From assembly GCA_965198225.1 (NCBI GenBank), contig CBDAOY010000009.1, positions 32,001 through 96,000 on the forward strand: 64,000 bases of DNA, read 5' to 3'. The translations under genes and the position numbers were made by a program. Within the stretch, counting starts at the first letter, position 1, and each line of letters starts with the position of its first letter. Positions 19,785-30,395 of the stretch are shown one piece after another. Origin of the DNA: Terriglobia bacterium (GTDB lineage: Bacteria > Acidobacteriota > Terriglobia > 20CM-2-55-15). Under the pieces are notes generated by a model. The model saw only the letters and a program-made list of their open reading frames with translations, was not told where the DNA came from and did not search any database.

Positions 19785-21935
19785 ATGGCAGCCGACAAAC
19801 GCGCGACCCGCCGCACACCGCGGAACATCACCGCCGAAGAACTGCTGGACTACGTGCGGCAGCAACCGGATCGGGCGGCCAGTTTTCGCCAGATCCTCGA
19901 GGACTTCCAGGCCGACCGCACAGACCGGAAACAGATCAAGGATCTCCTCGGTCAGCTCGTCAAGAACGACAAACTCATCCGGCACAAGGGCAACCGATAC
20001 GAGGCGACTCCGGGACTCGTCCTGATCGAGGGTCGGATGTCGCTCCACCGCGACGGGTTCGGTTTCGTCATCCCCGATACTCCACCGCCCAAGGTCGCTG
20101 GCGATATCTTCATCGCTCCCCCGCTGACCGGATCGTCAATGCACGGGGACCGGGTCGGGGTCGTCATCACCCTCCGGAAACCGGACGGCCGCGCTGAAGG
20201 AAAAGTCGTGCGGGTCGTCGCGCGTGCTCACGACACTGTGGTCGGGCAGCTCCGCTTCGACAGCGAGACCTTCTTCGTGGTGCCGACCGACGAAAAGCTT
20301 CCCCGGAGGATCCTGGTCACGAATGCGGAATCCGAACACAAGGACAAGATCGTCGAAGTGGAACTGACCCGGTTCCCTTCCGAAGCCCACTGGCCCGCCG
20401 GCAAGATCGTTTCGGTGATCGGGTTCATCGACGACCCCGAAGTCGAGACCACGATCATCATCCGCAAGTACGGTCTTCCGCTGGAATTCCCCGACGCGGT
20501 CCTCGAAGAAACCGATAGTCTTCCGGATGGAGTGGCAGAGGTGGACCTGGAGGGGCGCGACGACTTTCGCGATCGAACTGTTGTCACCATCGATCCGGAC
20601 ACGGCGCGGGACTATGACGATGCGATCGACGTGGAAGAACTCGACGACGGGAGCTTTCGCCTGGGGGTCCACATCGCCGACGTGTCCCACTTCGTCGAAC
20701 CGGATACCGCCATCGACAGGGAGGCTCGGCTGCGCGGAACTTCAGTCTATTTTCCGGATCGCGTCGTCCCGATGCTGCCTGAAAAGATCTCGAACAGACT
20801 GTGCTCGCTGAACCCCCGCGTCGATCGCCTCGCGACGAGTGTCGTCATGGAAGTCGACTCCCACGGCGAGATACGCAGCCATTCATTCCACGAAAGTGTC
20901 ATCCGGTCGTCCGAGCGCATGAACTACGACCAGGTCCAGCAGATCCTGGACGGAGCCGGCTCGGTGCGCTCGCGCTACCGAGACGTTGTGACGCCGTTAA
21001 AGACGATGGAGAAGTTGGCGAAACGCCTCATGGAGCAACGGAGGAAGCGGGGGACCATCGATTTCGATCTACCCGAGCCGCAACTGACATTCGACTCTGA
21101 AGGCATCGTCTCGGGCATCGTCAAGGCGGAACGTCGTTTCTCGAACCGGATTATCGAAGAATTCATGATCGCGGCCAACGAAGTCGTCGCCCGAGCGCTG
21201 GGGCAGCAGCGGGTGGCCACGATCTATCGCGTTCACGACGCACCCGACCCCCGCAAGGCCGAAGAGTTCTCGGAACTGGTCGCGCAACTGGGCCTCCGTT
21301 TTCGTCCCCGTTCACTCCGCCCACTGGAATTTCAGAAGTTCGTCGATTCCATAGCGGGACGAGCCGACTCGCGGATGATTTCATACCTGATGCTGCGCTC
21401 GTTCAAACAGGCCGCCTACTCGGCCTCGAACTCGGGACACTTCGGCCTGGCTTCCGAGGCTTACACCCACTTCACGTCACCCATCCGCCGATACCCGGAC
21501 CTCATCGTGCATCGCATCTTGAAGAGTCACATCCAGGGCCGCAGGCGGGCCGGTTACAGCCGAGCGCAGTTGGGACCGATGGCGGCCGAATCAAGCGAGC
21601 GGGAGCGCCGGGCAGACGAGGCCGAGCGAGAGCTGTATGACTGGAAACGGATGGCCCTGCTCGAAGAACGAGTCGGTGAAACCTTCGAGGCATTGATTAT
21701 CAGCGTCTGGAGGGACGGCATGCGAATCGAGCTGCTGGAGCAATTCATCGAGGGATCCATCCCCGTCGATGAAATGAGCGATGACTATTATGCCTTCGAG
21801 CCTGCCAACCGCGCTCTCGTCGGTCGCGGCACACGCCGGCGCTTCAAGCTCGGACAGAAGATATATGTCCGCCTGGCTCGCGTCGACAAACTGCTGCGTC
21901 GGGCGTATTTCCTGCCCGTGCTGGCCAACGAATAG
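19785..21935 (+). CDS. rnr: Ribonuclease R
   Basis: N-terminal HTH, HRDGFGFV cold-shock domain, TIDPDTARDYDDAI, HIADVSHFV, YTHFTSPIRRYPDL, C-terminal S1. Confidence 0.95.
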   Translation: MAADKRATRRTPRNITAEELLDYVRQQPDRAASFRQILEDFQADRTDRKQIKDLLGQLVKNDKLIRHKGNRYEATPGLVLIEGRMSLHRDGFGFVIPDTPPPKVAGDIFIAPPLTGSSMHGDRVGVVITLRKPDGRAEGKVVRVVARAHDTVVGQLRFDSETFFVVPTDEKLPRRILVTNAESEHKDKIVEVELTRFPSEAHWPAGKIVSVIGFIDDPEVETTIIIRKYGLPLEFPDAVLEETDSLPDGVAEVDLEGRDDFRDRTVVTIDPDTARDYDDAIDVEELDDGSFRLGVHIADVSHFVEPDTAIDREARLRGTSVYFPDRVVPMLPEKISNRLCSLNPRVDRLATSVVMEVDSHGEIRSHSFHESVIRSSERMNYDQVQQILDGAGSVRSRYRDVVTPLKTMEKLAKRLMEQRRKRGTIDFDLPEPQLTFDSEGIVSGIVKAERRFSNRIIEEFMIAANEVVARALGQQRVATIYRVHDAPDPRKAEEFSELVAQLGLRFRPRSLRPLEFQKFVDSIAGRADSRMISYLMLRSFKQAAYSASNSGHFGLASEAYTHFTSPIRRYPDLIVHRILKSHIQGRRRAGYSRAQLGPMAAESSERERRADEAERELYDWKRMALLEERVGETFEALIISVWRDGMRIELLEQFIEGSIPVDEMSDDYYAFEPANRALVGRGTRRRFKLGQKIYVRLARVDKLLRRAYFLPVLANE

Positions 21936-21969
21936 GAGGTCGCTGTAAAATGAAAAATTGTCGCCTGGA

Positions 21970-22042
21970 GCCGGCGTAGCTCAGTGGTTAGAGCGAAGGT
22001 CTCATAATCCTTAGGTCGGCAGTTCGACTCTGCCCGCCGGCA
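21970..22042 (+). tRNA. tRNA with CAT anticodon (elongator Met; Ile2 not excluded)
   Basis: GCCGGCG/CGCCGGC acceptor, CTCATAA loop, GTTCGACTC; paired 1-72 so not initiator. Confidence 0.9.
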
Positions 22043-22127
22043 TTCCCTTGATTCGTCGAGAAGGTAGCGCCTCCGCCACTGCCAGGCGTTCCCCCTGGCA
22101 GAGGCTGCACGATCAACAAGCCCCGTT

Positions 22128-22586
22128 TCAGAGGGCTGGCTGAGTGCCCTGGCGTTCACCGAAGAGCGGATCTATTGAGAGGCCTTCCCCCTCTAGACCG
22201 GCGACGTAGTCCAGATCGTCGCCTGTGCCGGGGACCGGCACGAGGCGGCACCGAATTCTGCGCTGAATCTCATCCAGAACCGCGGACTGATCGATCGTTC
22301 GAACACCGCCGCGTTCGAGCAGCTCACGCACCAAGCGTGAATGAGTCAGCGCGAGCATCGGCGGGGAGTGCGGGTCGGTATGAATGTCGCGAATCAGTTG
22401 TAGCCCGCCCGGCGCTTTCGCATCGACCAACACCAGATCCGGGTCTTCCCTCGCGATAAAATAGGCCCCCACTTCAACCGTTCCCGCGTCGAGGACCTCG
22501 CAGGAATCCGAATTCAGATCCAGCGTGAGTTGGTCCGTTAAGTGCTTCTCCTGGCCAACAACCAGGACCTTGGCCTTCCTAGCCAT
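22128..22586 (-). CDS. Receiver-domain-like protein (degenerate)
   Basis: KVLVV...EDPDLVLVD REC pattern; the acidic pocket and conserved Lys are not clear. Confidence 0.55.
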   Translation of the reverse strand: MARKAKVLVVGQEKHLTDQLTLDLNSDSCEVLDAGTVEVGAYFIAREDPDLVLVDAKAPGGLQLIRDIHTDPHSPPMLALTHSRLVRELLERGGVRTIDQSAVLDEIQRRIRCRLVPVPGTGDDLDYVAGLEGEGLSIDPLFGERQGTQPAL

Positions 22587-22644
22587 TTCTTCCTACTCCT
22601 TGTAGACACTGCCTGAATCGCGCGGCGCCTTTCGGCACGGACGG

Positions 22645-24283
22645 TTATCGATGCCTCTCCTGTTGCTTGTTCTCGAGTTCCACCAGCCTCTCGTGGAGCC
22701 ACTGGATGTAGATGTGCGCCTTTTCCAGCTCTTGGAGAATGCCTCGCTGGTGTCGGCCCACATCGACGATGTCCTGACCGTCCGAGTCCTTCGTTGCCGG
22801 CCCAACAGCCGGCAGATGGCGGTTGGCCCACATGGCGTCGGAGTGCTCGGTGATCGTCTCGATCCGATAGCCAGGCTGGAAGACATAGTCGGCGTGGAGC
22901 TGACCGCCGCGCTGGTAGATCCTCCCGTTTACGTCGAGCATCGCGTCGGGACGAGGATCGTCGGTACCGATGCCGACCGCCAGATCGGTTGTCAACATGG
23001 ATCTCAGCGGTATCGGTGCGCCTGCCACTGAAACGAAACTCCGGAAGGCAAAGTCGACATCGGCGCCGACACTGCTCGTCCCTGCAGCATACGAATTCCC
23101 TGTCCCGTAGGCGACGACGGCGTGGGCACAGCCGGTGTGGGTCAGCGCCCATGTGAAGGTCTCACCGGCCGTCAAAGTCACTCCGGCGACGGGAAAACCA
23201 AGCATCATCGGGAAGGCGACATCGCCGGCGCCTATCTTGATCGCAAGAGTTCCCAGTGCCGCGCCCACTGGCCCTTCGCCCGCGAAAACCGACAAGTCGC
23301 CGCAGAAGTAGTCCTCGCCTGAGGCCCCTTTGAAGGCGCCGACGGCCAGGTCGAGTTTGATCAGTGTACCGGTGACCGATGGCGAGAACGACTGCCATAG
23401 TACGCTGCCGTTCTGGTCCAGGGTCCGGGTCTGGGTCGTGGAAAAGGAGCCTTGCTGTTCGGAGAGGAAAGCCTGGGGAGGCGGGGTAAACATGATGGAA
23501 CCTTCTGTCCAGGCGCTCGTACCACCGCCACTCTCACCGGGGTCGCCTTTGTCGCCCTTCGGGCCGGGTGAACCCGGCAGCCCCGGAAGACCCGGAGGTC
23601 CTGGCGATCCGGCTTCTCCAGTGTCGCCCTTATCCCCGACGTCACCTTTCTCGCCTATGTCCCCGACGTCGCCTTTGTGACCGACGTCGCCTTTGTCGCC
23701 CCTGTCGCCTTTCTCCCCTTCGGGTCCGGCCGGACCTTCGTAATCGAATCGAAGGCCGACGACCTGGAGCCAGGTAGAGGATCCTTTCTTACTGCTTGCT
23801 GCTCTTGTTGCTCTTGCCGCTCTTGTTCTTCGTGCTGCCGGCTGAGTTGAAGCGGAGACCGACGAAGTCCTGTCCCGGCGCCAGGCTGGAGCCGGCAGGA
23901 AAGATCGACGTCACATCGATCTCGGTGATGACGCCTTTCTGGACGGCAATGGACATACCTTTCGAAGACTGGTTGAACAGGTCGGACGGCAAACCGTTGC
24001 GCGCCATCGAAATGTCGAGGTCGTAGCGAACCGTACCGGAACGGCGCGGTATCACAACGACCGTGGCGCCCGCAAACTGTCTGAGATTCGGGGGGATCTG
24101 GAAACCGAACCGGACGTCGCCTTTCTTACTGACGGGCCAGTTTCCTACTGTGTCGCTATCCTTGCCCTCGGGTGTAACCCAGAGCTGCATCGGTGCATCC
24201 TGAGCCGACACGGGGCGTGGCATGAGCATCAGAATGATGAGGCTCACGGCAAGGGCGGCCCCGGAAATCCACACTCGTTTCAT
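22645..24283 (-). pseudogene. Secreted collagen-like fibre protein with a chaperone-like C-terminus; frameshift near 23793
   Basis: Signal peptide ORF 23789-24283; the shifted frame gives 23 Gly-X-Y triplets (about 23530-23736) continuing in frame into ORF 22645-23493 with VGIGT...ADYVF..Y...HLP...[11 protein letters not shown]. Confidence 0.8.
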
Positions 24284-24540
24284 CGTCCAACTCCCTTCCT
24301 TGGGGATCGATTTTGATCAAGGGGTACTCAAAGGGTATTTTGTCAAGATTCCGACGATCACCCGTCAATCGAACCCGGTTGATCCGGTACCGCATCGGGA
24401 TCCTGACAACAGCAAGCTGCTGGTTCTGAATGGCTTCTGTCGCACCGCTACCGGTGGCAACGATTCAGGAAACGCAGCTACCTACTTTGAGAGAGCACGG
24501 ACGATGCCAAGGCTCGGGGGATACTCCAACGATCCGGCTT

Positions 24541-24804
24541 CTATTCAGCCGCCGGCCTGAAGAAGTTGTAGAGCCACGCGGCGATTACCCCGGCGATGAA
24601 ACCATCCGCAAGGCCGTAGAGGGTACCGATCACGACCTGACCGAAAGACGCCGTCCCACTGTAGCCCGGGTACACTGAAGCGACCAGATCCAGGAAACTC
24701 TGGCCGTAGCCGGACCAGATCAGGTTTCCGAGCCCGACCGTGAGAATGCTGCCGCCAAACAGCAGGCCGATGGTAAAACCGAGAGCCTTGATGTCCAGAT
24801 TCAT
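24541..24804 (-). CDS. Small membrane protein
   Basis: AAGGAGG RBS; two hydrophobic helices. Confidence 0.8.
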   Translation of the reverse strand: MNLDIKALGFTIGLLFGGSILTVGLGNLIWSGYGQSFLDLVASVYPGYSGTASFGQVVIGTLYGLADGFIAGVIAAWLYNFFRPAAE

Positions 24805-25113
24805 ACTCGCCTCCTTCTGAGGATCAAGCGTCTAGTCCAGCTTGGACTCCGGCTCGGGACAGGTCAAGAAAAGCGGGCTAACGAAGAAGCGCGGCAGATG
24901 ATCGGGACTGTTTCCAGCCCGATCGCCTGCCGCGCAGGAGATCTGAGGTACGTGCAGTATCTGCAGGCAGACACCCAGATCAGGTCCACCTCACGAAAGG
25001 GTTTTCTCGTAGCGCCGAGATTATTGTATTTCAAGGCGACCATGGGATCGACACGCGTTGCTCTTCGAGCCATGTCGGTCACCCTAGTGGCCTGTAACGG
25101 GAACGCGTTCACA

Positions 25114-25171
25114 TTCCCCTTGTATAGATAGGGGTGCAATTGTACCATCTCCCCTAGCATTAACATGGGAG
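25114..25171. promoter_or_regulatory. Two CCC-N13-GGG palindromic boxes, putative PadR operators
   Basis: TTCCCCTTGTATAGATAGGGGTG (25114-25136) and CTCCCCTAGCATTAACATGGGAG (25149-25171) directly upstream of padR. Confidence 0.55.
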
Positions 25172-25175
25172 AACG

Positions 25176-25526
25176 ATGAGCGACGAAAAAGTCGGCGTTC
25201 TGAAAGGCGCCATGGACGTACTGATCCTCAAGGCGCTCAGTTGGGGGCCGATGCACGGATACGGTGTGTCGCGTTGGATTCGACAGGTCACCGATGACGC
25301 GTTCGACCTCCAGGAAGGCGTCCTCTATCCGGCCCTCCACCGGCTGGAACGCAAAGGGTGGATCGAGTCGGAGTGGGGCCTGTCGGAAAACAACCGGCGA
25401 GCGAAGTATTACGAGCTGACCCGCCTGGGACGTAAACAGCTTCAGGCGGAAATGTCTACGTGGTCTCGTTTTGCGGAGGCCGTGGGCAAGGTCGTCAACG
25501 CCACCGACGCACCCGACTGGGCCTGA
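25176..25526 (+). CDS. PadR-family regulator (acidobacterial type)
   Basis: LILKAL..GPMHGYG...[28 protein letters not shown]. Confidence 0.95.
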   Translation: MSDEKVGVLKGAMDVLILKALSWGPMHGYGVSRWIRQVTDDAFDLQEGVLYPALHRLERKGWIESEWGLSENNRRAKYYELTRLGRKQLQAEMSTWSRFAEAVGKVVNATDAPDWA

Positions 25527-25533
25527 TTCAGCT

Positions 25534-28188
25534 ATGACACGGAGAACGCCCATGTGGCGACGCTACCTCACCTTCTGGGGGCGGAGCGTCGACGCCGATG
25601 TCGACAGCGAGCTGCGGTTCCACCTGGAGATGAAGGCGCGGGAGCTGATCGACGACGGCTGGGACGCCGAAGATGCCCGCGATCAAGCCCGCCGGGCCTT
25701 CGGCAACGTCGGCAGGGTTCGCGCGGAATGTCGTGACATCGGACGAGATTTGGAGGCAGATGTGCGCCGGACGGAATACTACGACCAGTTGAGGCAGGAC
25801 CTGTCGTTCGGGCTGCGCCAGCTCAAGCGGAACCCCGGGTTCGCCGTGGTGGCGGTCTTGACCCTCGCACTGGGTATCGGAGCCAACACCGCGATGTTCA
25901 GCATCGTCGACGGCGTGCTCCTCCGACCTCTCCAGTATCCCAACGCGACGAATGTCTACACGTTGTGGCAGAGCGATCTCGCCGATGGGATCGAGCGGGA
26001 CGGGGTTGCGCCGGCAAACTTCGTGGACTGGCAAGCTGAAAACACCGTCTTCGAGCGGATGGCCGCGATCCGTCCGTATTCGTTCGAATACAACGAACAG
26101 GGGCGGGCCGTCGACATTACCGCGTCACTGGTTTCGGAAGGGTTCTTCGAGACCCTGGGCGTGGCTGCTTCTTACGGCCGCACCTTCGATGAACGAGACT
26201 ATGCACCGGGTGAGCGCGCATTCGTGATCAGCCACGGTCTCTGGCTTCGCCAGTTCGGCGGCGACGTCGACATCGTCGGGCGCCAAGTGAGCTTCGATGA
26301 TGTCGAGTTCACCATCGTCGGCGTCATGCCCCCGGACTTCGAATTCCCGAACAGGGAGGTCGGAATCTGGGCACCCTACAGGCTCTCCACCGAGCCGGGT
26401 CGCCGGGCCTCCGGGTACCTGCAGGCGATCGCACAGCCCAAACAGGGCATGACCGTGCCCGCAATCCAGGCCGAGATGGACGCCATCGCAGCCAGCCTCG
26501 CCACGCGCTACCCGGAGTCGAACACTGGTATCGGCATCTCCCTCGTCTCACTGCATGACTACCTCGTCGGACATGTCCGGCGACCGCTGCTGGTCTTGCT
26601 CGGCGCGGTCGGATTCGTCCTGCTTATCGCCTGCTCGAACGTGGCCTGCCTGATGCTGATGCGCGGATCGCAGCGCGAACAGGAGTTTGCCGTTCGAACG
26701 GCCCTGGGCGCCGCTCGGAAGCGCCTTGCGCGGCAGCTGGCCGCGGAGAGCCTGGTTCTGGCGCTGCTGGGGGGAACGGGCGGCCTGCTGCTTGCGGTTT
26801 GGATACAGCAGTTGCTGCCGCTGCTCAGTCCGGCCGATTTCCCGCGAATGGAAAACGTGGCCCTCGATGCGAACGTCCTGGCATTCACGGCGCTGGTCTC
26901 GATCGGGGCAGCGTTTGCGTCGGCCCTGGCGCCCCTGGCGCGGGTCTTCGGACGGGATACGAATTCACTCCTCAAAGAGAGCCGGCGAAACCTCAGCGCC
27001 GGCGGCATGAGCCGGCGTCTGGGAAGCGCCCTGGTGGTATCGGAGGTCGCGCTGGCACTCGTCCTTCTGATCGGAGCGGGCTTGCTGGGCCGGAGCTTCA
27101 CAAAACTCCTGACGGTCGACCCCGGCTTCGTCGCCGACAACGCGCTCGCGCTGGAACTGCATGTCTGGGACGCCTATCCCGGTCCTCCTCAGCAGAGAGC
27201 GTTCTTCAACGACATCCTCTCGAGGATCGGATCACTCCCCGGCGTCCGGGCCGCAGGAGCTTCCTCGGTCATGCCGTTCCACGGGTCCAGCAGCGAAATG
27301 GAACGTGTTTTCCGGACCGAAGGAGACACCGGAGCAGAAGAGGCTCACAGCACGGACGTGACGATCGCGACCGTGGGCTACTTCGAAGCCATGGGTATCG
27401 GACTGCTTCAGGGCCGTGTCTTCACACCCTTCGATGGGCCCGACTCCCCTCCCGTCGCCATCGTCACCGAGAGCGCGGCCCGGCGTTACTGGAGGGATGA
27501 GAATCCGATCGGCGAGAGAATCACGATGGAAGACGACGGGGCGATGAGCACGCATGAGGTCGTCGGTGTCGTGGCCGACGCGCGGCACACCGGCCTCGAC
27601 AGCGGTACCAGGGCGGAAATCTACCTGCCCCACCTCCAGAGCTCATTCGGCTCGATGATCGTGGTCGCACGGACCCAGGGAGATCCGCTCCAGCTGGCTG
27701 AGGCGGTTCAGGCACAGATCTGGGATGTGAACCCGGGCCAGACCATCAGCAGCGTCACGACACTCGGCCAGCTGGTGGATCGCACCCTCATCACCCGGAG
27801 GTTCTACCTCATGCTCATCGGAGGGTTCGCCCTGACGGCCCTCCTGCTGGCAAGCGTCGGGATCTATGGAGTGGTGTCGTTTTCGACCACTCAACGCACC
27901 CCGGAGTTGGGAATCCGCATCGCGTTCGGCGCCGGATCCGCCGACATCCTGCGGATGGTTCTGGCACAGGGACTCGGGCTGACAGTCGCCGGAGTGGTCC
28001 TCGGACTGGCACTCTCGCTCGCGCTGACCCGCTTCATCGAAGGTCAGTTGTTCGGGCTCACCCCGACCGACCCCCTCACGTTCGGTGGCGTTTCGACGGC
28101 GCTGGCAGCCGTCGCACTGCTGGCGTGCTATATGCCGGCCCGCCGGGCGACACGCCTCGATCCCCTCCACACTCTGCGGTCGGAGTAG
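25534..28188 (+). CDS. ADOP-family duplicated ABC permease
   Basis: [31 protein letters not shown], two MacB/FtsX halves, [11 protein letters not shown]-terminus. Confidence 0.93.
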   Translation: MTRRTPMWRRYLTFWGRSVDADVDSELRFHLEMKARELIDDGWDAEDARDQARRAFGNVGRVRAECRDIGRDLEADVRRTEYYDQLRQDLSFGLRQLKRNPGFAVVAVLTLALGIGANTAMFSIVDGVLLRPLQYPNATNVYTLWQSDLADGIERDGVAPANFVDWQAENTVFERMAAIRPYSFEYNEQGRAVDITASLVSEGFFETLGVAASYGRTFDERDYAPGERAFVISHGLWLRQFGGDVDIVGRQVSFDDVEFTIVGVMPPDFEFPNREVGIWAPYRLSTEPGRRASGYLQAIAQPKQGMTVPAIQAEMDAIAASLATRYPESNTGIGISLVSLHDYLVGHVRRPLLVLLGAVGFVLLIACSNVACLMLMRGSQREQEFAVRTALGAARKRLARQLAAESLVLALLGGTGGLLLAVWIQQLLPLLSPADFPRMENVALDANVLAFTALVSIGAAFASALAPLARVFGRDTNSLLKESRRNLSAGGMSRRLGSALVVSEVALALVLLIGAGLLGRSFTKLLTVDPGFVADNALALELHVWDAYPGPPQQRAFFNDILSRIGSLPGVRAAGASSVMPFHGSSSEMERVFRTEGDTGAEEAHSTDVTIATVGYFEAMGIGLLQGRVFTPFDGPDSPPVAIVTESAARRYWRDENPIGERITMEDDGAMSTHEVVGVVADARHTGLDSGTRAEIYLPHLQSSFGSMIVVARTQGDPLQLAEAVQAQIWDVNPGQTISSVTTLGQLVDRTLITRRFYLMLIGGFALTALLLASVGIYGVVSFSTTQRTPELGIRIAFGAGSADILRMVLAQGLGLTVAGVVLGLALSLALTRFIEGQLFGLTPTDPLTFGGVSTALAAVALLACYMPARRATRLDPLHTLRSE

Positions 28189-28265
28189 CTTGAGTCAGCT
28201 GAAACGAACCCACAAGTGACTACTCGCAAGCACCCACTCCACGGTGGTGCAACTGACTACTTCTC

Positions 28266-28712
28266 CTACTCCTCCACATACTTCGTCAACCACCCGATCA
28301 CCAGAGGCCAGCCGCCCTTGTGGCTTTCGCGCGCCTCGGGGAATCCGGCGAAACCGCGATGCGTCATCGTAATCGTCGTACCCTCCGGTGAGCCTTCGAG
28401 CACCCACTCCACGGTGGTCTCCGCGCACTCCACCCAGTAGGGATTCCAGGTGTAAACCAGTTTGGACGGTTCGGTGATCTCGACGAACTTCCCCTGCATC
28501 GTAAAGGGTTCGCCACTGCCGTCAACGCCCTCACACCGCCAGTCGCCTCCGACCTTCAAGTCCGATTCCCACTTCACGACTCGGTAGGCCCCTTCCTCTC
28601 CCCACCACATCGGAACCTGCTCGGGGTCGGTCAACGCCCGGAAGATCCTCTCAGGCGGCGCCTTGATGTACAGTCGTTCGATGATTTCGTCTTGAGCTAC
28701 GTCCGCTTTCAT
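28266..28712 (-). CDS. SRPBCC/AHA1-domain protein
   Basis: IKAPPERIFRALTDPE...WW, DLKVGG.W, LVYTW, GW. Confidence 0.9.
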   Translation of the reverse strand: MKADVAQDEIIERLYIKAPPERIFRALTDPEQVPMWWGEEGAYRVVKWESDLKVGGDWRCEGVDGSGEPFTMQGKFVEITEPSKLVYTWNPYWVECAETTVEWVLEGSPEGTTITMTHRGFAGFPEARESHKGGWPLVIGWLTKYVEE

Positions 28713-29101
28713 TGCTTTTCTCCTTTTCTTCCACTTCCGACTTTCGGTTTTTGGTTTTTGCGGGGCTGCAACCTTTCATCGGATGTCTCTACGAGGTCCT
28801 TCAAGCGGCGCAGACTGTGGCGCCAGAAGGTACGGTATTCGTCGAGCCACTCATCCACGTCTTGAAGGGGGCCCGCGTTCAGGGCATAAACCCGGTTTCG
28901 CCCATGCCGTTCTTCGACGACGAGATCGGCCTCTTTCAGGATTCGCAGATGCTTGGATACCGCCGGACGACTGACGGGGAAGGCGCTGGCAATGTCGGCA
29001 ACAGCCAGCCCTCCATCACAGAGGGTGCTCAGGATGACACGTCGTGTCGGGTCCGCCAGAGCTCTGAAAACGTCCGTTGCTTCAACCGGTGGTCTACCCA
29101 T
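28709..29101 (-). CDS. ArsR/SmtB-family regulator
   Basis: FRALADPTRR, SRPAVSKHLRIL, GRNRVY. Confidence 0.92.
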   Translation of the reverse strand: MGRPPVEATDVFRALADPTRRVILSTLCDGGLAVADIASAFPVSRPAVSKHLRILKEADLVVEERHGRNRVYALNAGPLQDVDEWLDEYRTFWRHSLRRLKDLVETSDERLQPRKNQKPKVGSGRKGEKQ

Positions 29102-29119
29102 GGAACCAATCGCCTATTG

Positions 29120-29166
29120 GTAACTATTTAGTTACGGATTATCCGACAATCGTCCACACGTGTCAA
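29120..29166 (-). promoter_or_regulatory. Sigma70 promoter and palindromic operator of the arsR-SRPBCC operon
   Basis: TTGACA (29166-29161), 17 bp, GATAAT (29143-29138); palindrome GTAACTA-TT-TAGTTAC at 29120-29135. Confidence 0.75.
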
Positions 29167-29208
29167 CACCGGGGTATTGGAAAAAGGACCGGAATGACCG
29201 GGAACGGG

Positions 29209-29634
29209 CTATTTCTCGAGCGAGCTGAGTATCTTCGTCGCCTGATCGACAAGCGCTAGCTCGGCGTCAGCCAGACCCGACAGCTCGGCGGCAATGCGAG
29301 CGACGCGCCGCCTTCGGCCCGCCTCCATGATCCTTCGGCCCTTATCGGTCGCACGCACGACGACCTGCCTGCGATCCTCCTTGTCGGTCTCGCGCTTCAC
29401 GAGACCGAGTTCTTCCAGGGACTTCAGGATACGCGTGATCGCGGGCCGCGACACCATCTCGGCGCGAGCGAGTTCGCTCGCCGTTTTCGGTCCGGCGAAG
29501 GCCAGCACGGAAAGGACGGACAGGCGTTCCGCGCTCAGACCCGTCACCCGATCCACGGTCCGAGCCCGCCGGAGCAGATGTATCGCAATGGAGTGTAGAC
29601 TGTTCGCCACGAGCGCCGTCGGCGTGGCCTTCAT
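29209..29634 (-). CDS. MarR-family regulator
   Basis: ELARAEMVSRPAITRILKSLEELGLV.R..D..DRR...V..T.KG. Confidence 0.9.
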   Translation of the reverse strand: MKATPTALVANSLHSIAIHLLRRARTVDRVTGLSAERLSVLSVLAFAGPKTASELARAEMVSRPAITRILKSLEELGLVKRETDKEDRRQVVVRATDKGRRIMEAGRRRRVARIAAELSGLADAELALVDQATKILSSLEK

Positions 29635-29654
29635 TCCACGGGGAAGAGGTGGAC

Positions 29655-29685
29655 TTGACATAATAGTTAACATGGTTAACTATTA
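29655..29685. promoter_or_regulatory. Perfect palindrome (putative MarR operator) next to a TTGACA box
   Basis: TAATAGTTAAC-ATG-GTTAACTATTA at 29661-29685 between divergent marR and VOC genes. Confidence 0.75.
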
Positions 29686-29732
29686 ACATCGTTAACCACC
29701 GCAGATTCTAGTTGGACCGGGAGGAGAAGACA

Positions 29733-30119
29733 ATGGGGGAATTCGGACTCAACTCGATCGGCCAGATTCACATCACCGTCGGCGACATCGACCGGTCCGT
29801 CGCGTTCTATAAAGACGTTCTTGGGATGACACTGCTGTTCGAAGTGCCCGGTCAGAACATGGCCTTCTTCAATTGCGGCGGCGTCCGCCTGTACCTGGGT
29901 AAGGCCGAGAACCCCGACTTCCAGTCCAAGCCCCTGATCTACTACAAGGTTCAATCCATCGATGATTCGGTCAAGGAGCTCGAGTCACGCGGCGTAGAGT
30001 TCGATCAGCGGCCACATGTCGTTCACAAGACGGATGAGCACGAGCTTTGGATGGCAGGATTCCAGGACCCGGATAAGAACCATCTCGTATTGATGGCTGA
30101 GATACCCGTCGAGGGCTGA
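29733..30119 (+). CDS. VOC/glyoxalase-family protein
   Basis: GQIHITVGDIDRSVAFYKDVLG...FQDPDKN; GGAGGAG RBS. Confidence 0.9.
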   Translation: MGEFGLNSIGQIHITVGDIDRSVAFYKDVLGMTLLFEVPGQNMAFFNCGGVRLYLGKAENPDFQSKPLIYYKVQSIDDSVKELESRGVEFDQRPHVVHKTDEHELWMAGFQDPDKNHLVLMAEIPVEG

Positions 30120-30126
30120 GAGCTAG

Positions 30127-30395
30127 CAGCCCGTGGCAGAACTCTGCAGGGCCGCGTTACGGCGAAACGGGGCCGGATTCGAGGAGGCGAGGACGAAGCA
30201 ATGCTCATTCATTGGGAGGAGTCGGCGACAACGAAGACGGCCCCGTTTCGCCGTAACCCGAAGGGCGCAGGGGGGTTCGGGCCGCAGGCTTTGTCCCTCG
30301 TCGGTCACGATGAATGATCATCGCTCCGCTCCTCTCTTCGCGCCTGCAACCCGAAGACCCCTGCGCGCGACCCTGCAGAGTTCTGCCACGGGCTG
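30127..30395. mobile_element. MITE-like structured element, copy 1
   Basis: 30-bp TIR (1 mismatch) CAGCCCGTGGCAGAACTCTGCAGGG(C/T)CGCG, CTAG on both sides, no credible ORF. Confidence 0.88.

Noticed and set aside
21970-24283. tRNA-Met as a second integration site
   Set aside because: No integrase and no repeat of the tRNA 3' end seen downstream
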